Assembly (NCBI RefSeq): GCF_004010195.1 | Contig: NC_057754.1 | Coordinates: 13,236,224-13,300,223, forward strand | DNA length: 64,000 bases | Source of the DNA: Chiloscyllium plagiosum | Lineage: Eukaryota | Reading direction: 5' to 3' | In this document: positions 1-11,400 of the stretch, piece by piece | Numbering within the stretch: position 1 is the stretch's first letter | Layout of the letters: each line of letters opens with the position of its first letter | Translations under genes and position numbers: made by a program | Notes under the pieces: generated by a model | Told to the model about the DNA's origin: nothing | What the model saw: the letters and a program-made list of their open reading frames with translations, nothing else | Database searches by the model: none

Positions 1-780
1 CTACTGTCTGTTCCCCATTGCAGTCACCCTGCCCTCCCCTGTCTGTCTCCCATTAAAGACGCTATGGCATCCAATGCCTATATCCCAATGCAGACGCTAT
101 ACCCTCCAATTTCGGTATCTCATTGCAAACGATATGCCCTTCCCCTGTCTGTCTCCCATTGCAGACGCTATGGCATCCAATGTTTATAGCCCATTGCAGA
201 TGCTATACCCTCCAATGTCGGTATCTCAATGCAAACGATATGCCCTCCCCCTGTCTGTATCCCATTGCAGAAGCTGTGCCCTCTAATGTCTGTATCCCAT
301 TGCAGACGTCCTGCCCTCCACCGTCTATATCCAATTGCAGATGCCCTGCCCACACCTCTCTGTATCCCATTGCAGACGCGCTGCCCAGCCCGTCTGTATC
401 ACATTGCAGACGCTCTGCCCTCCCCGTCTGTATCCCATTGCAGACGCTCTGCCCTGCTCCTGCTTGTCTCCCATTGCAGTCACCCTGCCCTCCCCCTGCC
501 TGTATCCCATTGCAGACGATTTGCCCTCCCCCGTTTGCTTCCCATTGCAAATACTCTGCCCTGCCCCGTCTGTCTCCCATTGCAATCACCCTGCCCTCCC
601 CCTGCCTGTATTCCATTGCAGACGATTTGCCCACCCCCGTGTGTATCCCATTGCAGATGCCCTGCCCTCCCCGTCTGTATTTCATTGCAGACGCACTGCC
701 ATTCCCCAGTCTGTATCCCATTGCAGTTGCTCTACCCTCCCCCTGTCTGTTTCCCATTGCAGGCGGTCTGTTTCCATTTG
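1..780. repeat. Minisatellite, ~39-40 bp unit with core TGTATCCCATTGCAGAC; runs off the window start
   Basis: About 20 successive copies of (t/c)cccattgcag with C-rich spacers; explains the repetitive ORFs at 74-812. Confidence 0.95.
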
Positions 781-849
781 ACATCTTATTGAATGACTAT
801 CCTGGTGCATGAGCAAACTGGGCTCTATCCCCTTTATCCAATTCATTGG

Positions 850-1640
850 AGTTCTGTGGACAGAAGTCAATACTGGGAATACATTGGCACACAGACCAGT
901 ACATAGACCCACCAAGTGGGGAGCTGTAACATTGAAAAGGATCTGGGAATCTCCCTGTACACCAGTCACTGAAAGCAATATTGCAGGAACAGAAATCAGT
1001 TAGGAAGGTACCTGGTGTGTTCACCTTCATTTCAGGAGGATTTGAGTCCAGGATTAAGGGTGTCTTACTGCAGCTGGACAGGGCCTTGGTGAGACCCCAC
1101 CTCGAACATTGTGCAGTATTGTGTGCAGATTTGGTCTCCTTACCTAATAAAGGACAAACCTGATATTGAGGGAGAACAGTGAAAAATGACCAGACTGATC
1201 TCTCGGATGACAGAATTGTTGTGGGAGCAAAGTTTGGGACGTCTGAGCCTGTATTCCATGAGGTTTAGGAAAGTGAGTGGAGATATCAGTGAAATATGTA
1301 AAACACTGACAGGGCGAGACAGATTGGAAGCAGGGATGATAATTCCCCAGGCTGCAATGTCTAAAACAAAGGCCCACATTATGAGTACAGGCAGGTCACA
1401 CTGCATTGAGATGAGAATAAATGTCTGCACTCAGAGACTGGTGAACCTGGGAAATTCTCTCCTATGTAAGGCTGTGGAAGACAAGGCACTAAAGACAAAT
1501 AAGGATGTCTAGACACTGAGGGGCTGGGGGAGAGTGCAGGAGTATGGTGTGGAAAAAAGGGTCAGCCATCATTATATTGAATTGGGAATCAAACTCGACA
1601 GACCAAAGGGACTACTGCAGTTCCATTTCATAGCTTCACA
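850..1640 (+). mobile_element. Decayed CR1/L2-group LINE, 3' end of ORF2 and tail
   Basis: Peptide LLQLDRALVRPHLEHC...LGRLSLYS...RGD-like...TQRLVNLGNSL resembles the CR1 ORF2 C-terminus; paralogous to ~22380-23070 and ~39680-40390. Confidence 0.85.
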
Positions 1641-1939
1641 AGGTTAATCACATTAAGGGAGTTGTACAGGGTGTGGGGAAAGTGCATTGAGGAGATGTTC
1701 AGACATGAACTAGAATAGGGGAGGCTTAATGTGCTGTATGGCCTACTCCATTCCCGATGTTTCTGTGCAGTCTGTGGGAAAGCTCTGTAAATGTTGACAC
1801 AAGTTCTCAGATGTTAGGAAGAAGGTCTTTGCCAGGTCGGCAGGACTGTGTTTCCCATTCCTTTTTTCCAATACCGAGGCTGGGGCCTTGTGTTCAGTAC
1901 GGGTTTATCCTTTAAGACCTCGGAGCAGTTTGATACAAT

Positions 1940-2230
1940 TGAGTGTCTTGCTTGGCCGTTTCAGAGACCATTGCGTTTATCACATGGCTGTGTATCTGAA
2001 GTCACTTTTAGCCTAGACCAGGAAAGTACGGGAGATTCACTTCCTGAAAGTACACTGGGGAAGCAAATTGGTGTTTACAATCGGCATTGGCTTCAATGTC
2101 ACTATTACTCACACCAGATTTGAGATCTCGATATTTTATTAATTGTTTTTATCTTCCACCAGCTTCCAGAGCATTGGCCTGTTCTGGATTAGTTTTCCAA
2201 TAATGTTTCCACAACAGCACAATATCCACA
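1940..2230 (-). mobile_element. Old SINE-like element, same family as 16150-16505
   Basis: Reverse complement aligns by eye with 16180-16440; paralogous copies at ~24050-24350 and ~41030-42000. Confidence 0.55.
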
Positions 2231-2239
2231 TGGGGCCTA

Positions 2240-2830
2240 ATCGGAAACCACACTGACCAGGTTATTTTTGTGCTGCTTGACAGTTCTGTCAAAAAAAACT
2301 CCCACCAATTTGACTCTCGTGATGGGACTGATGGGGTAGTAATTTGTCAGATTGTAATTATTCCCCTTTTAGGAAATGGACACAGTTGAGTAATTTTCCA
2401 CATTACCAGGGAGATGTCAGAGTTGGAGCTGGAATGAAACAGCTTCCCAAGGGACACCGCTCGTTGTGCAGCAAAGTATTCAGTCCTATTGCAGGAATGA
2501 AGTCAGGGCCCATTACCTTCGTCGTATCTACTGTGTCCAGCTGTTTCTTCATGCCACGGGCAGTGAATCTAATTGGTTGAAGACTGGCCTGTGAGATTCT
2601 GTGGGCATCATGATGAGGGTGAGGTGGATCCTCGACTCAACATTCCTGGCTGAGGGTGCTACAGATACTATTTCTTTGCTTTTTTACACTGATGTGCAGA
2701 GCTGAATAAATTGACAGGATATGGATAATTGTGGATCCCTCTCCACCAGTTCGTTGTTTAATCGTCTATCACAAGTTTTGGTTGAATGTGGTAGAGCTTC
2801 GATCTGGGTGTGTTAACCTTGTGAGAATTT
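2240..2830 (-). mobile_element. Decayed non-LTR retrotransposon ORF2 fragment (start of RT region)
   Basis: Paralogs at ~24350-25200 and ~42010-42890 translate to DMKKPLNTVDTTKTMDPDTIPAIGLKS and AMWKITQLCPV, typical of the pre-RT KAxGPD region. Confidence 0.7.
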
Positions 2831-2941
2831 CTCCCTCTCTATCGTATGATTTGGTTTAATTTGATTTGATAGGATTTATTGTCGCATGTATCCAAGTAGA
2901 GTGAAGCTCTTTGTTCATACACAGTTCTGGAAGATCATAGT

Positions 2942-4045
2942 GAGAGTTGGAGCTGCCTTTTTTTTAGAGACATGGAGTGTCCGAAATTTAAAAGCCTACT
3001 TCAGCTCTCTGTTTTTGAAGAGCCACAAAACAGCCAGAATTTAAAGTAGATTGCCTCAGCATAAGTGAAAAAATGCCTTTGAGAAGGGAATTATTCCAAA
3101 CAAAAGAAAGGATAACCTGATTCGCAATATTCTGAAAATTGTAATATGGTGATAAAGAAAGTTCTTTTATTTTTGAAATTGATGATTTGTAACAGAACAC
3201 AGGTGAAATAATGAAATTGTATCAGAAACACTTTGAAGTATCATGACAAAAGGTAACTTATTCTGATCTCATTAAGAATGTGTTCAGCCACAAAAACAGC
3301 GAGTGAAATTATCTTTAAGAAGCTAGTTGTGCCTTTGAAACTATTTACAACAGGAAAATTCTAGTTAAAGATTTGGTAAATAATCATGGAGACAGATTTG
3401 AACATAATTATAAAACCCTAAAGAGATGCGTGGCATGTCTTGTCTAATTAGCTGAAAAATGGTTAACAGTATAAATTATATTAATAACACGAGTTTTGTA
3501 ACAGAATCAACTTTTTAATGTAAAATGTGATAATGGAATTTGGTAAGAGATAGCCTGCTCAATGGAGAGTAGAATTAATGCAATCCTTCAAGATCAAAAA
3601 TTCAGGGCATCAGTAAAAAGAGCACAGCCACTAACTTTGGATTGCAACGTATAAAGATCCTAAGGCCGAGAGATATCAAAAATCGTTAAACATCCGAAAC
3701 AAATAAGAACCTAGGGCTGTCCATGGGAGTGTCCATCATTGATCAACTGTTTTACAAGATTGATTCCGCAGAAGGGAAGTGGAGGGGACACTAACAACGT
3801 TGTGTGTAATCATTGCAACGCAGAACGTATCAAGAATACTGTAATTTTGCTGTAAAATCGTAGTGTATCATTGATCGTTCTGTTTATCTGAGCTGAGGAT
3901 TAATGAAACGATTGTCTTCTCTGACAAAGCAAGATTCGCGGAAGATCCTTTGGTACTCTCCCTGCATTAACCGTTTTTTGCTTGAATTAAAGTCCACTCT
4001 GTGCCTGTGTCCTGTCTTTGTCGCTAGCCAGGGAATCTCGCTCCT
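2942..4045 (+). mobile_element. ~1.1 kb insertion, probable solo LTR
   Basis: Splits the Rex1 3' region; flanked by ATAGT at 2937-2941 and 4046-4050; TATA-like GTATAAAG ~3649 and ATTAAA ~3986; the 3' end is not the canonical CA. Confidence 0.5.
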
Positions 4046-4356
4046 ATAGTAAGCAAGGACATACAGATCAGAGCGGAAAGGGAAAACTGAGGCATACAGG
4101 CTACACCACTAATGGCATGCAATAGCCAAGATCAACGTGAGCAAGATCAGCATTATTTGAAGTTAGACAGTACATTCCTCAGTTTATTAATGACTGGGAA
4201 GATGCTGTTCATGAGACGCAGGTTTGTGTGTTCAAGTTTCTGTATTGTCTGCCTGATGGAAGAGATTTTAGGAGATCCAGGGTGCGAGGGATCGTTAATA
4301 ATGCTGTTTGCCTTTCCGCTGCAGCGAGCTGTGTAAATGAAATCAATGGATGGGAG

Positions 4357-4560
4357 CTGAAAATGTGTTGCTGGAAAAGCGCAGCAGGTCAGGCAGCATC
4401 CAAGGAGCCGTAGAATCGGCGTTTCGGGCATGAGCCCTTCTTCAGGGCTCTTGCCGGAAACGTCGATTCACCTGCTCCTTGGATGCTGCCTAGCCTGCTG
4501 CGCTTTTCCAGAAACACATTTTCAGCTCTGATCTCCAGCATCTGCAGTCCTCACTTTTTT
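4357..4560. mobile_element. Penelope-derived fold-back element with hammerhead-like core
   Basis: Imperfect inverted repeat centred ~4440; 14-bp TSD TCAATGGATGGGAG at 4343-4356 and 4561-4574; minus strand reads CTGAAGA-A-GGGC-TCAT-GCCC-GAAAC-GCC. Confidence 0.85.
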
Positions 4561-5984
4561 TCAATGGATGGGAGGTTGGCTTACATGACGGCATGGGCTG
4601 TGCGCACAACCTTCTGTCATTTCTGTTACTGTCCTGGGCTGGGCTGTTGCCACACCAGGACGTTATGCACCCGGATGGTTTGCTCTCAGTGGTGCATTGG
4701 TAGAAATTGGTGAGGGTCGTGTGGACATGCCAAATGCCCTAAGCTGCCGGAGAAAGAAGAGGTGTTTCTGTGCCATCTCGACTGTTACATCTCCATGGGA
4801 AGTCCAGGACAGGATGTCAGTTATCGTCACTCCGAGGAACTTAATTCTATCCACCCTTTCAACTTCAGTTCCATTGATGTAGATGGGGGCGTGTTCTCCT
4901 CCTTTCTTTCTGAAGTCATTGATCAGTTAGTTAGTTTTGCCGACGTTGAAAGAGAGCTTGGTCTCATTGCATCACATCACCAAGCCCTCTATTTCCGCTC
5001 TGTATGTTGACTTGCCTTCATTACATATCTGTCCTACTATGATGGTGTCATCAGTGAACATGCAGATGGCATTCGTTCTGAATTTGGCAATACAGTCGTG
5101 GGTGTACAGGGAGTATAGTAGGGGGCTAAGGACACATCCTCTGGGATTTCAGTGTTGAATGTTATTATGGAAGAGTCACAGTTACTTATCTTCTCTGATT
5201 GTGGACTGTGGGTCAGAAAGCTGAGGATCCTGTTGCAGAGGGCGGAGCCGAGACTGAGGTCACGAAGTTTTGTGATCAGTCTGAAGGGAATAATGGCGTT
5301 GAAGGTGGAGCTATAATCAATGAGCAGGAATCTGACGTAGGTGTCCTTGTTGTCCAGATGTTCCAGGGATATGGTACCGCTATCGACCCATTCTACTGGT
5401 AGGAAATTTGTAGGGGATCGAGGCAGGCTGGGAGACTGGAACTGATGTGCGCCATGAATAGCCTCTCGAAGTACTTCATGCCCCCCTCAGTCTCCTGCGC
5501 TCTAAGGAGAAATGTCCCGGCATATCCAACCTCTGCCTATGACTCAGTCTTGTAAGTCCTTGCAACAACCTTGCAATTTTTCAGTTTAATAACATCCTTC
5601 CTGTAGCAAAGTGACCAAAACTTATCACAGTGTTGAACATGGAACTATTTGGAACTGTAAGTTTTACTCTGTTATCAATTATTGTACTGCTGTGTTATTG
5701 TTTCATTATTTGTGATATTCTGAAATCTTATTATGTTTAAATCCTCTAATGGCAATCCCCTCGGGTGAACGTCCTCCTGACTGCTTGAACTTGAATTTTG
5801 TTTGGACAGGTATTTTGAGGCCGCTGCATATCAGAGAACAGGAGAGATGATGGATGATTGTGCAGTGTGTGTCCTTGACTGGACCGGCTTGTCTCTCCAG
5901 GCACCTAAAGCTTTTATTGTGGGTCAGAGTACCTCAGAATTGTTACATCACAGAAGGAAGCTATTCAGCCCATTGTAGGTCCAT

Positions 5985-7360
5985 GAATATAGAACATTAC
6001 AGCACAGTACAGGCCCTTCGTGTCTCAATGTTGCACCGACCTGTGAAACCAATCTGAAGCCAATCTAACCTACACTATTATATTTTCATCCTTATGTTTA
6101 TTCAATGGCCTTAAATTTGGTGAGTCTCCTACTGTTGGACAGGCAATAAATTCCAAGCTGTCATTACTCTCTGAGTAAAGAAATTAGTTCTGACATCTGT
6201 CTGAAGACTATCACCCATAAATTTAAAATTACATCCCCTCATGCTAGCCATCATCATCCGATGAAAAAGGCTTTCACTTTCCAAAATATCTAATCCTCTG
6301 ATCATCTTGCATGTCTCTCAACGTTCTTGTCTTTAATGAAAACAGCCTCAAGTCTCTCAGCCTTTCCTGTAAGACATTCCCTGCATATCAGGCTTCATCC
6401 TAGCAAATCTGCTCTTCACCTTTTCCAATGCATCCACATCCTTCCTACAATGCAGCGACCAGAACTGTACACAATGCTCAAAATATGGCTGCACCACAGT
6501 TTGTACAGCTGCAGCATAACTTCATGGAGAAGGAAGCCTCCTTCTTCCACTTGACAAGAGATTCAACTTCTTCAGTAAACCACAGCACCCTCACTCGACC
6601 ACTTCCTACTTTCCTGACCGGTATAAACTTATCAAGGACACCCAGTAGCTGTTCCTTGAAAAAGCTACACATTTGAATTGTGCCCATCCCCTGCAGTTTC
6701 CTTCCCCATCCTATGCATCCTAAAACCTTTCCTAATCGCATCATAATTGCCTTTCCCCCAGCTATAACACTTGCCCTGCGGTATGCACCTTTCCATCGCT
6801 AAAGTAAACATACCTGAATTGTCGTCACTATCACCGAGGTGCTCACCTACCTCCAAATCTAACATCTGGTCTGATTCAATACCCAGTACCAAATCCAATT
6901 TGGCCTGTCCCTTGTTGGCAAATCGACACAGTGTCAGGAAATCATTCCGCACACATTGGACAAAACCTGACCCATATAAAATACTTGAACTGTTGCATTT
7001 CCCGTCAATATTTGGAAAGTTAAAATCTTCTGTTACTTTCGCTCCTATACAGTATGATCTTCGTAACCCTGTCCTCTGCATCTCAGGAACTTTTCAGAGG
7101 TCTATAGAGAACTCTTAACAGGTGACCTCTCTGTTTTTGTTTCTAACCTCTTATCATACTACCTCAGTAGACAAGTCCTTATCAAACATCGTTTCTGCCA
7201 CTGTAATACTTTCTTTGATTAACAATGCCACCCTCGCCCCTTTTCGTGCCTTTCGTGTTCTTAATGAAGCATCTGAACCCCGGAACCGACAACAATCATT
7301 CCTGTCCCTGCTCTATCCATTTCTCCAAAATGGCCACACATCAAGCTGGACAACTGAACA
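5985..7360 (-). mobile_element. CR1 (HER1-like) LINE, internally deleted: 3' end plus endonuclease/linker part
   Basis: Peptides DFNFPNID, LDLVLG, GEHLGDSD, WGKGNY, FIPVRK...WFTEEVE; ATAGAAC tail at the left end. Confidence 0.85.
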
Positions 7361-8807
7361 ATTTGGAAACAGGGAGTGATTGGAAGGATGTTAAAAGAGG
7401 GTTAGTTGGATAGATCAGAAGATAACATGAGAGGAGATAGAGAGAAATAGTCAGAAAATTGAAGTTTTATTTAGAAATTCTCACGGACTGCAATGCCTTT
7501 GTGTGATGCCGTACACTGTGAGCACTGTGCTGAGACTGCTATGGTCCCAGATCATTTATCTTCAATAATATCACAGAGCTGAGTCGATGACAGTTAAAAA
7601 GAGATCATAAGGCCAAACGATTTTTTTTTTACCTGGAGAAAGTGGATTAGTTTAAATAGAACAGTAGCAAGAACTGAGAACCTCCCTCGATACAGAGGTA
7701 CAGTGCCAATGAATCTCAGTGAGGTAGATCACTGATAGAGGGGGAATCAGCATCTCAGCTGTGGGTCAAATAATGATTGATAAAGTTTGCACACCATTTC
7801 CACCGTTTTGTAATGCACATTTCAATTTATGCAGCACAATATCATGAGTGTATTTTAGCTATCTTATCTCTATGTTTAGTATGGACAGAAAATCATTTTT
7901 CCCCGTATTTTGTGTTCAATAAACAAATGTCAGTCCTCATTCCTCACTCTAGATGTATCTTTGAATCTGTTCTGCATATGAGTTATAAAGAGTAACATTC
8001 CAATACTGATGACTGGGAAGTATTATTGTCCCTCCCTCCATTCTGAACTGCCATGTCCCTCAATTCTCTCTGTTTTCTGTCTCCTCCACAATGCCATAAT
8101 CACAATGTAATTAAAGTCCAATAAATGACACTTCCACACAGTTCATTAACATCGATAACATCAATAGTACAGGCCTCATCGTCCCTCTCTGATCCTGGAA
8201 TATCAAACTGAATTGCATTTGTCACGTACAATTCTCTGTTAACATATTCATGCCATTTGTCTGTTATAACCCCACGTTGTCTCAGGCAAACATTCCTCTC
8301 AGATCATGAACTATAAAAATTGTCTCACTGTTTTATTGAAATTATAATGCTTGGTCAGTACTTACAGAATGTACATTTCGATTTATAAACAGAGAAGTAT
8401 GTTTATATTCAGATAAACTTATGGCATTACTCCCATGTCCAAGGCAGATTGAATGGTTACACTCAATTGATCTACCAGCCCCAACATTTGTTCCATCAGT
8501 CACCCTCAGATACCCCATCAATAATGCAAAAAAATTAATCATTGTTTTGAATTTTAATAAAACAGCACTGAATTAAAAGGCGTTGGTTGGAACTATTTGT
8601 TCAGCGACTGTGATTGATGTCAGTCTCCATGGATCCTAAATGTGTCACTGGAGGGTTTACCACTTTTATTAATTCGGGACTCCGTTCAATGCATTATCCC
8701 ATAGTATGGGCGGGAATATCACCGACAGCACTAACAGGGAACAGCAGCTCGAGAGACGAGGGAGGAGAGATCAGAATCTGATAATATAAGACTGGAATAT
8801 TCCAATA

Positions 8808-8982
8808 ATGGATCAGAGTCTGAGAACATTAGACTGGATTATTACAATAACAGACAGAAGTTTATCCTGGGGTCTTTACTATCTTTCTCAGCCTTGGACA
8901 TCATTAGCCTCACGGATCGAAGATATCCTTTGGATTATTCAAGGTGGTTACTATCCCATCCTCGCTATAGTTGGTGTTCCTG
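8808..8982 (+). CDS. First coding exon (N-terminus and start of TM1) of a GPR139/GPR142-like class A GPCR; remainder not found in window
   Basis: 58 codons + 1 nt ending IIQGGYYPILAIVGVP-G|GTAAGT (phase-1 donor at 8983); Kozak A at -3 and G at +4; in-frame TAA at 8787-8789; lies in non-repetitive sequence. The YY..L..(L/V)G(L/V)P motif followed by a phase-1 intron is the GPR139-family layout. Confidence 0.8.
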
Positions 8983-9189
8983 GTAAGTCATTCCATCTGA
9001 CCATTAAACCGAGTTGAGCTGAATTGCTGTTCACATTTAAATTTTAGAATTTGGAAGTCATCATTTTCAGATCCAGTCAAAAGTGTTATTCCTTGCAAAT
9101 TATAACTGGCAAATTACTATTCACAACTTACTCAACAATATGCGTGGAGAAACCAGACTGTCCACAAACTCCATGATCTTTTTTTCTCC

Positions 9190-9365
9190 ATTCAGATTTA
9201 CATTTCTACATATTCTCCCCACTCATCAATCCTGCCCAAGACCACTACCAGGATATTTCAGTCTCCTTCTCAGCCTCAGTGCAACTGCTGAATAATCCAT
9301 CGTTTGTGCCTTTGTTAAGTCCAGATATAACCGTTTCAAGTCCCTTCTAACTATGCTTCCGTCAC
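9190..9365 (+). mobile_element. Very old L2 LINE fragment
   Basis: Resembles the L2 motif LS..AAETLIHAFVTSRLDY (ctcagtgcaactgctgaa...tgtgcctttgttaagtccaga). Confidence 0.45.
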
Positions 9366-9479
9366 AAAATATTTGCACTTGAGATGGATAATTTGTGGTC
9401 TCCACAAAATCTGTCAGATGGGCAGAGAGTGCATGGTAGTCAAGTCATTGACTCACAATTGAGAGGCCCAGAATAATAA

Positions 9480-9750
9480 TCTTTTTGTGTCTCGTGAAGC
9501 AAGTTGATGGAATGCAAATGAAATCATCGCCACTTGTTTTAAACAGAAGCCTATCTGTTTGCCTTATGTCCTTTAGAGAAGGCAATGGGTTATCCTTCCC
9601 TGGTCAGGTCTCTGTGTGACTGCAAACCCACAGCAAAGTAATATACTCTTTAATGTCCTGTGGAACAGCTGAAACAGCCACGCAGTTCAAGTTTGGCATA
9701 ACATTCTGGCCTGCCCAGGACTGCACACATCCCGTGAGGGAAGAACAAAA
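9480..9750 (+). mobile_element. Old SINE-like fragment related to 16150-16505
   Basis: Shared block gtcctttagagaaggcaat...tggtcaggtctctgtgtgactgcaaacccacagcaa and 3' end cacatcccgtga. Confidence 0.55.
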
Positions 9751-10399
9751 GGAAAGCTAGCTCCCCTCCTCTGTCTGATTTCCATGTTCCTGCAAGTCAT
9801 TCCCATTCATGTAGGTGACCGTTCCCTGTTTCAAGTGATTTTTTTCTGATTGAGTCTCCCGCCGAGAGTGATTTTCATCTCTATCGGCACCTCTGGTGAT
9901 GACTGACGCAAAGATGTAAGAAACGTCAAAATTTCCACATCATTCGCAGTGTAGAGAGAAGGAATGGCTTTTTACAGCACAGGAAACAAGCTGAGACAGC
10001 TTTGTGAGGGAACAGAATTATTGTGATCAACCCTGAGAGTGTTGCTGAGATGGTATTTGGGGTATTGTGCACAGATTGTCTCTCCTTTGTAAGGAACAAT
10101 CCTCTTGGCAGAAAGAGTGTAAAGGAGTTTCACCAGATTAATTGTTGGGATGATTGTACCATCGGGGGTGCATGAGGATATTAATCTGTAGAGCTTGGAG
10201 GGAATAAGAAGTGATTTCATTGAATCTTAAGGGGATGGACAGTCACTCATTATATTCCAAACAGACAGTGATACGGTGATACATTCCACGGCTTATTTGT
10301 TACTTGGTTTACATGATGGCTTAAAAGCCTCTGAAATCGTTCCTCTCACTCCAAGCAACTCCCCATTTCGATTGAGAGAGAGAGAGAGACAGTTTTGAC

Positions 10400-11400
10400 T
10401 AAACATTTCCCACATTAGTACACTGCATTTGGTGTGTGATCATGTATAGAACTTCACGTTATCCACCATCCCGACAGGAGCCACAATACCTTTACTCTAA
10501 AACAGTTAACTATTCCCACAAGCTTCTGACCCCCACGGAGAACATGGGTCTGTCATCTTGGAGATGGAAGATGCCGCCTTGAGGCTTGGCACAAAATATT
10601 TGGCTTCCTTCCTCACTGCCGGCAAAACACGTTAAAGAATCATTTGTTCCACAGGCAATGGAGCCACGAGGAACATTGTAAGCAGTCTATGAGTGCAGTC
10701 GCTGCTCCATTCGTTTTTCAGGTTGGAGCATCAATGACACCCTTCTGTTCCTGTATAAGTGTCTCGAGGTATGAATGATCTCCTCCTGATTCCATTGCAC
10801 AGGTTTAGGGGTCTGATTGGGCTCTGCCTACTCCTGTTTAACAGCTCAATGTACTGACAAGACCCCTCCCCTTCTTATGGAACAGGCAGCAGGATTGAAT
10901 GGGTTGTCCCTCTTCTCGTTCAGTCGTTTCGATCAACTGAATGGCCTCCACATATCTGGGTGTAACCAGCTTCAGGTGCTGAATGAGCTCCTCTTTTAAC
11001 TGTGGAAATGTGCAGTGTTTGGCCGTGCTGTTACATGAATGTTACAGGCACTTTAGCAGCACAAACCTGAGTGTTGTTTGGGTCTTGCTGAATATGGACA
11101 CAGGCTGGTTCAGGAGCTGAGGTGGGACAAGATGTTCTGAATATTGTGTGATCTTCAGTGATCACCCCGCTTCTGATCTTGTGATGGATGCGGGGCGCCG
11201 TGAGTGGCGGCACGTAGACGTTGACGAAGGAGCTGAAGGTGTTTGTACTGAGGAAGTTAATCTGAGGATCTCCTGAAGAGATGTCCCAGGACTGAGTGGA
11301 TTGCCGGCCACCGACTACAAACATCTTCCATTGTACTCTGAAAGAGCCCATCCAGTGGGGAGGTTACACCTGATTCCCGTTAAGCTCAAATAAGTAGATG
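10400..11400 (+). repeat. Block paralogous to ~59040-59990, including decayed tandem CR1-tail-like units
   Basis: Collinear anchors aaacagtta, ggagatggaaga, gttggagcatc and gtgctgaatgagctcctc...tgtggaaatgt in both regions. Confidence 0.85.

Larger units (their letters stand above)
2850..5480 (-). mobile_element. Rex1/Babar-type LINE, 3' part, interrupted by two insertions
   Basis: Minus-strand peptides GCVLSPLLYSLYTHDCIAKFRTNAICMFTDDT (RT core), KFLGVTITDILSWTSH...AQKHLFFLRQLRAFGMS and KANSIINDPSHPG; tail-like repeat near 2850-2880. Confidence 0.85.

Noticed and set aside
1..780. CRISPR-like repeat-spacer array
   Set aside because: The intervening sequences are themselves homologous, the context is a vertebrate genome, and no cas genes are present
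123..812. 229-aa Cys/Pro-rich ORF and overlapping ORFs as keratin-associated or metallothionein-like genes
   Set aside because: Several frames on both strands are open because of the minisatellite; no splice or start context
8300..8720. TATA-like CTATAAAA (~8311) and GC box GGGCGGG (~8708) as the GPCR promoter
   Set aside because: Short motifs expected by chance; transcription start unknown
8983..9017. C-terminal GKSFHLTIKPS of the 69-aa ORF
   Set aside because: Read-through past a consensus splice donor; intronic
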